64,000 bases of DNA from Acholeplasmatales bacterium (GTDB lineage: Bacteria; Bacillota_I; Bacilli_A; ML615J-28; CAG-313), in the NCBI GenBank assembly GCA_003539625.1, contig DPOU01000027.1, positions 53,332-117,331 of the forward strand, in the 5' to 3' direction. A model generated the notes under the pieces. It was not told the DNA's origin, did not search any database, and was given only the letters and a program-made list of their open reading frames with translations. Below, in pieces: positions 59,901-64,000 of the stretch (positions within the stretch are counted from its first letter, which is position 1; the number at the start of each line of letters is the position of its first letter). Both the position numbers and the translations under genes were made by a program.

Positions 59901-60140
59901 TTGATTGACACTGGAAATTATAAAAAATATTTAGAATACAACAATAAAGGTCAATTAGTAGGTGCATATTTATACAATAGTGCTGATAATATTTTTGTAA
60001 CATATGATAGTGAAGAAGTAATAATGGCAAAATATAAGTATGCCGCATCACAAGCAGGTGTTGGTATTATGTGTTGGTGTTACAGTGAAGATACATCTGA
60101 CAATTATGTAAACTCTATTTATAAAGCCATTTACAATTAA
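57000..60140 (+). CDS. Large lipoprotein (1046 aa): five tandem 68-aa helical repeats, a Listeria-Bacteroides-type repeat, an Ig-like domain and a C-terminal GH18 glycoside hydrolase domain (chitinase/ENGase-like)
   Basis: Lipobox LTSC. GYAFQGWYDNEEC. GH18 catalytic motif NFDGIDIDWE and INLMSYD. Confidence 0.6.
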   Translation: MYKKEAYMKKTLSYIGLILILILGLTSCVKKEDENYANQTKANTVITEINQLPTTDAIELTYEVKVANVRSLYNALSKEAKALVTNLDKLEALENKLIELKKAKDNQDKANVVIELINKLPAADELTLEGEDKVKEARTSYEALSEEVKALVTNLSKIEALENKLIELKKAEDNQDKANVVIELINKLPAANELTLEDEDKVKEARTAYEALSEEVKALVTNLGKLEALEDKMKELIEDKKLHDEATMVVVAIDNLPNVELITLDAESAIVNARNAYNSLAPKAKALVTNLNKLIALENKIKELKEAKENQTKADAIINLIDKLPALDKLTLDDEEEVVKVRNAYNALDEKVKNLVSNLDKLIAAENKLEELKSSLTSYEVILYPNEGRIEGLSKGSSPKLNYQFTLNYYSTGFFAVYKTDVVVMKTSLIKETDSYTYALKIGFSFDSSKNAYVVNQIIKSGTGLTSESKTAEYYILVHSDNATAYQELSSIELGDVIYSNKDFPNEANQSFDANITIYDATEVDEAEYYVVSYKGLMALPVPVKTGYAFQGWYDNEECIGEAITSVSSAKTLYAKWIVDQTQIDPNDVLSCISDVATSNTVDNLITKIDDVTYSWSSSNPNLYVIENGKGTVSKVYQTHKTQEVTITATGKNLDGTTFTKSKKITVNPVLYDELPNTPVATYFSTSAMYAYKQYNERYKASKTIFSENTKKILNIIYYSFAVIDSEGNCTVSDTSYLDEVRALKANNTRIIISINGVSAEACKNFADITGDAAKRANFVNNLMNMVEKYNFDGIDIDWETVSSTNKVVSTSLNALMKELRAEMTKRQAENGTPYFLSAAVPASTWGTASDRFDFKTLNNYVDYINLMSYDLNNGQKTSHLSPLYSSSNDGGYGFGCAWGVERLVSLGLSRNKVIIGSAGYGKAYRVTGTSTNTTYPSLGVSGTLTAISGIPGSFASGTVFGNGIKALIDTGNYKKYLEYNNKGQLVGAYLYNSADNIFVTYDSEEVIMAKYKYAASQAGVGIMCWCYSEDTSDNYVNSIYKAIYN
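57243..57650 (+). repeat. Two near-identical 204-bp direct repeats (68-aa unit) within a longer array of about five diverged copies (~57110-58110) in the GH18 lipoprotein
   Basis: Copy at 57243 and copy at 57447 differ at only a handful of positions. A third copy at 57651 diverges after about 60 nt. Confidence 0.85.
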
Positions 60141-60175
60141 AGATAACTATACAAAAAGAGTGTTCAAATCATGAA

Positions 60176-60737
60176 ATGATGCCTGTTAAGTAGACAGATA
60201 ATAAAAATAAAAAGTTATGCCGATAATGCTTGGTTTCGATATTCCATCGGAGCTAAGCATTTTAATTTGGCTTAAAATCTCTTGTTATTATAAAATTCAA
60301 TATAATCTTTTATAGATTGAATTAAATTTTCTGTTGAATAAAATTTGCTCATATAATGCATTTCTGATTTGATTGTACCCCAAATATGATTATACGAACA
60401 ATCATATTTCTTAACGTGCTATGATTTAGAATTTTATATTTAATTTGCAAACTTTCTATTGATCCTTTTCCATCTAAATATTCTTTAACTACATTTTCTT
60501 TGAATTCCCTAGTATATGTGCTATTAAATGGTTTATCATTGAAAATAGAATCCCTATAAAGGAGTTTTACCACAATTTAAATCATTACAAATATCTATAA
60601 AAGATTTTCTACCTTCAATGTATTCTTTTATTTTTGTTTCTTTTGTATATTTAGGTTTTCTTCCCATAATAAAAATGCCTCCAAAGTAAATAGTGTATAA
60701 TTTTATTTTTATTCACTGTCTACTTTAGAGACATCAT
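60176..60737 (-). mobile_element. Internally deleted IS3-family (IS150-group-like) insertion-sequence remnant with terminal inverted repeats
   Basis: 22-bp IRs: 60176-60197 ATGATGCCTGTTAAGTAGACAG and revcomp of 60716-60737 ATGATGTCTCTAAAGTAGACAG (3 mismatches). Inside, on the minus strand, are a double-HTH OrfA-like N-terminus and only the last ~45 codons of an OrfB/rve C-terminus. Confidence 0.6.
60215..60667 (-). pseudogene. Transposase pseudogene fragments (OrfA HTH region with an in-frame stop; OrfB C-terminal tail ..IEFYNNKRF*AKLKCLAPMEYRNQAL)
   Basis: MGRKPKYTKETKIKEYIEGRKSF..* then frame change to ..YTREFKENVVKEYLDGKGSIESL..NHSTLRNMI.., the two YS.EFK HTH repeats typical of IS150-like OrfA. 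The C-terminal YNN.R..KLK.LSP.EYR end of a DDE integrase is present but the catalytic core is missing. Confidence 0.55.
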
Positions 60738-60826
60738 ATCACAAAACACTCTTTTTATATTAGTATTTATGCATCTTATAAATAATAAAACCTAAATTAT
60801 GATAAAATAAGAACGGAGGTAGTTGT

Positions 60827-61183
60827 ATGGAAAAAAACGAAATAATTGCATTAGTACTAATTGGTGTTGGACTATTACTTAGTTTTGGCTTTGTATTTTT
60901 CGTGAGTTTATATAAACAACGTAGTGCTTTTCAAGAATTTAGAAAAAGTTTTGGTGAACATAAAGAAGAGGTAATCTTAAGAAAAATTGAAAAATTAGGA
61001 ATACCAGTTAACTATTACAAAAAAACCTATGACTACATTGCTACTTTTTATGTACCACAGAGTAAAAGTAGTATTGACCTTTATGTTGAATCATACTTTC
61101 ATACCGATTTAATTGTAAACGATAAATATATTATTGAACATGATGGATTAGTAATGTTTGAGTGCAAAAAAACATATTTATAA
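60827..61183 (+). CDS. Hypothetical small membrane-anchored protein (118 aa)
   Basis: N-terminal TM segment and GGAGG RBS. No recognisable family. Confidence 0.4.
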   Translation: MEKNEIIALVLIGVGLLLSFGFVFFVSLYKQRSAFQEFRKSFGEHKEEVILRKIEKLGIPVNYYKKTYDYIATFYVPQSKSSIDLYVESYFHTDLIVNDKYIIEHDGLVMFECKKTYL

Positions 61184-61268
61184 AATCAAAAAAATGCTTG
61201 TTATATAGACCTTTTTTATTTTTCATAAAAGCACTTGTTAAAAAAAGTGTGAATTATTAGTACTTAAG

Positions 61269-61300
61269 AGCAACTTTTTACGAAAAAAGTTGTTTTTTTA
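61269..61300 (+). terminator. Rho-independent terminator
   Basis: caactttttt acg aaaaaagttg followed by ttttttta. Confidence 0.7.
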
Positions 61301-61345
61301 ATGCATTATAGTTGTATTTAAAATAGAATTGGAATATAATTGCAG

Positions 61346-61365
61346 TAGTTGAACAACTATTCAAC
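61346..61365. promoter_or_regulatory. Candidate ArsR/CadC operator: imperfect palindrome AGTTGAA-CAACTA-TTCAACT overlapping a TTGTAT-17-TATAAT promoter
   Basis: 7-bp inverted arms read directly, immediately downstream of the -10 at 61334-61339 and 26 nt upstream of the cadC-like start. Confidence 0.4.
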
Positions 61366-61390
61366 TGTTTAACTGAGAAGGAGTGATAGA

Positions 61391-61747
61391 ATGAAAGACG
61401 AATTAATGAGTTGCAAAAACAATTATGTACACGAGGATAAAGTTCAAATAGCAGAACATAATATGCCTAGTGAAGAAAATTTAATTAGTGTAACTGAATT
61501 ATTTAAAGTTTTAGGTGATCCAACAAGAACTAAAATTTTATCAGTGTTATACAATGATGAACTTTGCGTATGCGATATTTCAAAAATATTAAATATGACT
61601 AAATCAGCAATATCACATCAATTGAAAACTTTAAGAATGGCTCGACTTATTAAATCACGTAGGTCTGGAAAAGAAATTTATTACTCCCTAGCAGATGATC
61701 ACGTTGGTAAAATATATCATATGGCAATTGAACATGTCATGGAATAG
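61391..61747 (+). CDS. ArsR/SmtB family metalloregulator (CadC-like)
   Basis: ELCVCDISKILNMTKSAISHQLKTLRMARLI winged HTH with a CVC metal-sensing motif. 118 aa. Confidence 0.8.
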   Translation: MKDELMSCKNNYVHEDKVQIAEHNMPSEENLISVTELFKVLGDPTRTKILSVLYNDELCVCDISKILNMTKSAISHQLKTLRMARLIKSRRSGKEIYYSLADDHVGKIYHMAIEHVME

Positions 61748-61759
61748 GAGAGGAAAAAT

Positions 61760-61978
61760 ATGAAAAAAACTGTAAAAATAGTAATTGATTGCGCAAATTG
61801 TGCGGCTGAATTAGAAAGAGCTTTAGAAAAAATTGAAGGAGTTAATGAAGTATCAATTAACTTTATGACTCAAAAAATGATAATTGATATAGATGATAAC
61901 AATTATCAAGAAATTGTTAAAAAGATTGAAAAAACTAAGAGAAAAGTAGAACCTGATTGCGAAATAGAGGGATTATAG
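61760..61978 (+). CDS. Stand-alone HMA-domain metallochaperone-like protein
   Basis: IVIDCANCAAELERALEKIEGVNEV is a CadA-N-terminal-type CANC metal-binding motif. 72 aa. Confidence 0.7.
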   Translation: MKKTVKIVIDCANCAAELERALEKIEGVNEVSINFMTQKMIIDIDDNNYQEIVKKIEKTKRKVEPDCEIEGL

Positions 61979-61980
61979 AA

Positions 61981-63888
61981 ATGTCAAAAAACAAAAAACT
62001 ATTAATTAGAATAATAGTAAGTGCTGCAATCTACATTGTAGCTATTATCTTGAACCACTTCTTTGAATTAGAAGAAATTGTAGATTTATTTAAATATAAT
62101 CTATTTACTGTACCTAAAGTAATAACTCTTGTAGCCTTTCTTGCTTCATATCTAATACTAGCGTACAGTGTAATTTATAAATCTTTTAGAAATGTAAGTC
62201 ATGGTAAATTACTTGATGAAAACTTTTTAATGTTAATCGCTTCAGTAGGTGCATTTGCCATTGGTAATTACATCGAAAGTGTTGCGGTAATGATATTTTA
62301 CCAAGTAGGTGAATTATTTGAAAGTTACGCAGTAGGAAAATCAAGAACTTCAATTTCTAATTTAATGGATATAAGGCCAGAAATTGCGCATAAAGTGTTA
62401 GAAGATGGTACTACTATAGATTTAGATCCAACTGAAGTAGCTATCAATGATGTTATTATGGTAATGGTTGGTGAAAAAATACCACTAGATGGTGTAGTTG
62501 TATCTGGTGCTACTAGCCTTGATACTTCCGCATTAACAGGTGAATCAATGCCCAAAGATGTTAATGTTAATGATATGGTTGAAAGTGGTACAATTAATAA
62601 AGGTGCAGTTATAAAAATTAGAGTAACAACAACTTTTGAAAATTCTACTGTTGCAAAAATTTTAGAATTAGTTGAAAATGCTTCTAATAAAAAAACAAAA
62701 GCTGAAAACTTTATAAGTGTATTTGCTAAATATTACACTCCAATTGTTGTAGGATTAGCAGTAGTTATTACGGTTATTCCAAGTATTATTACTCATGATT
62801 TTGTTACTTGGTTTTATCGTTCATTAAATTTCTTAGTTGTTAGTTGTCCTTGTGCATTAGTAATCAGTGTACCCCTAAGTTTCTTTGGTGGAATCGGTGG
62901 TGCTTCAAAAGAAGGTATTCTTGTAAAGGGAAGTAATTATTTTGAAGTATTAAATAAGGCTAATATCTTTGTATTTGATAAAACAGGTACATTAACAAAA
63001 GGTAATTTTATTGTTAAAGAAGCAAAAAGTTATACAACCGATGAAGAACTGAATTTGGCCGCATATCTAGCTGAAAAAGATAGTACTCATCCAATTGCTC
63101 GTAGCATTATAAGTCATATTGGTAATATAGAAGTAGATACAAGTACTTTAGAAGTAGAAGAAATATCTGGTAAAGGTATGTTAGCTAAATATAATGGTAC
63201 AGTATATCTTGCGGGGAACACTAAATTAATGGATGCCTATAATATTGAATATCCTAATGTTGATGCTATTGGTACTATTATTCATGTTGCAACTACTGAA
63301 AAATATTTAGGCTATTTCGTAATTTGTGATGAAATAAAACCTGAAAGTAAATCATTAATTAGCAAGTTAAATAGCAAAGGCTATCAAACAATAATGCTAA
63401 CTGGTGATAATGAAAAAGTCGCAAAAGCCGTTTCTGAAGAATTAGGATTAACAAAATATTATGCAGGTTTATTACCAACTGATAAAGTTAACATTCTTGA
63501 ACAAATAATTGAAAATAAGAATAAAAATGATGTTGTTGCATATTTAGGTGATGGTATTAATGATGCACCAGTATTAATGCGTGCCGATGTTGGTATTTCA
63601 ATGGGTCAACTTGGAAGTGATAGTGCAATTGAGGCTAGTGATATCGTATTAATGTTTGATAGATTAATGGATATTCTTACCGCAAAACAAATTGCTAGAA
63701 AAACAATGCGTATTGTTAAAGAAAACATCATATTTGCTTTATCTGTTAAAATCTTAGTAATGATTTACAGTATTGTTGTGCCTAACCCTATGATGTGGTT
63801 AGCAATATTTGCTGATGTTGGCGTTTCTGTTATAGCTATTTGTAACTCAATGCGAGCTATGAAGGTTAATCACAAACATACAATATAA
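61981..63888 (+). CDS. CadA-like P1B-2 Cd/Zn-translocating P-type ATPase lacking a fused N-terminal metal-binding domain
   Basis: VSCPCALVISVPL, DKTGTLTKG, GDGINDAP and a TM8 DVG. The likely start is the ATG at 61981 after a GAGGGA RBS; the ORF-track start at 61957 is a TTG overlapping the HMA gene. Confidence 0.85.
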   Translation: MSKNKKLLIRIIVSAAIYIVAIILNHFFELEEIVDLFKYNLFTVPKVITLVAFLASYLILAYSVIYKSFRNVSHGKLLDENFLMLIASVGAFAIGNYIESVAVMIFYQVGELFESYAVGKSRTSISNLMDIRPEIAHKVLEDGTTIDLDPTEVAINDVIMVMVGEKIPLDGVVVSGATSLDTSALTGESMPKDVNVNDMVESGTINKGAVIKIRVTTTFENSTVAKILELVENASNKKTKAENFISVFAKYYTPIVVGLAVVITVIPSIITHDFVTWFYRSLNFLVVSCPCALVISVPLSFFGGIGGASKEGILVKGSNYFEVLNKANIFVFDKTGTLTKGNFIVKEAKSYTTDEELNLAAYLAEKDSTHPIARSIISHIGNIEVDTSTLEVEEISGKGMLAKYNGTVYLAGNTKLMDAYNIEYPNVDAIGTIIHVATTEKYLGYFVICDEIKPESKSLISKLNSKGYQTIMLTGDNEKVAKAVSEELGLTKYYAGLLPTDKVNILEQIIENKNKNDVVAYLGDGINDAPVLMRADVGISMGQLGSDSAIEASDIVLMFDRLMDILTAKQIARKTMRIVKENIIFALSVKILVMIYSIVVPNPMMWLAIFADVGVSVIAICNSMRAMKVNHKHTI

Positions 63889-63910
63889 TTAATATGTTTA
63901 AAAATAATAG

Positions 63911-63950
63911 ACAAGTGATTTTATATATAAGATCACTTGTTTTATTTTTT
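63911..63950 (+). terminator. Rho-independent terminator after the cad-like operon
   Basis: acaagtgat / atcacttgt stem followed by tttatttttt. Confidence 0.7.
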
Positions 63951-64000
63951 AAATATAAATCCATCGATATTTTTAACGAAATTGTAAAAAAACATCGTAC

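Noticed and set aside
1-64000. Possibility of a Mollicute-type genetic code (TGA=Trp) given about 30% GC
   Set aside because: All conserved proteins (EF-Tu, EF-G, UvrB, PBP1A and others) are full length with ordinary stops, and TGA is used as a stop. The standard table fits.

Overview
The window reads as chromosomal DNA from a low-GC (about 30%) Firmicute with Bacilli-like gene order and the standard genetic code. Conserved proteins form long uninterrupted ORFs with ordinary TAA/TAG/TGA stops, so a Mycoplasma-type code is excluded. Most of the window is housekeeping: dnaD-nth, rqcH/gmk/rpoZ, an M32 carboxypeptidase, the str operon rpsL-rpsG-fusA-tuf, tatD, a class A PBP, ychF, cca-yhaM, a yycJ-like MBL gene with rlmH, uvrB, mnmA-recD2, rnj, def, rpsP-khpA...rimM-trmD...rplS, a murC-type ligase, a LacI regulator, T-box-controlled tyrS, and a tandem CorC/HlyC pair. 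Between these conserved blocks are accessory insertions and oddities, summarised here.

1. A uL15 C-terminal-domain paralog carrying a perfect 16 x 15-bp (EEPVV) tandem repeat, located directly upstream of the str operon.
2. Two paralogous giant extracytoplasmic proteins (794 and 1082 aa) of unknown function.
3. Two unannotated YjcZ-family micro-ORFs, plus a cluster of small Bacillus-type sporulation-associated genes (UPF0223, YlbD, YlbE and a possible Cse60 homolog).
4. A P1B-2 heavy-metal ATPase inserted as its own transcription unit inside the rpsP-khpA-rimM-trmD cluster.
5. A 5.4 kb insertion between trmD and rplS: an inactive-rhodanese lipoprotein, a 1013-aa InhA/M6-like metalloprotease lipoprotein, cvfB, and a methyltransferase-like gene.
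6. A 1046-aa GH18 lipoprotein with near-identical 204-bp tandem coding repeats, followed by an internally deleted IS3/IS150-family element that retains 22-bp terminal inverted repeats.
7. A cadC-like / HMA chaperone / cadA-like Cd/Zn efflux operon with a candidate operator palindrome.

No rRNA, tRNA or CRISPR array was found. No canonical defence or secretion system is recognisable. The best candidates for something undescribed are the giant paralog pair, the uL15-like repeat protein and the trmD-rplS insertion island.
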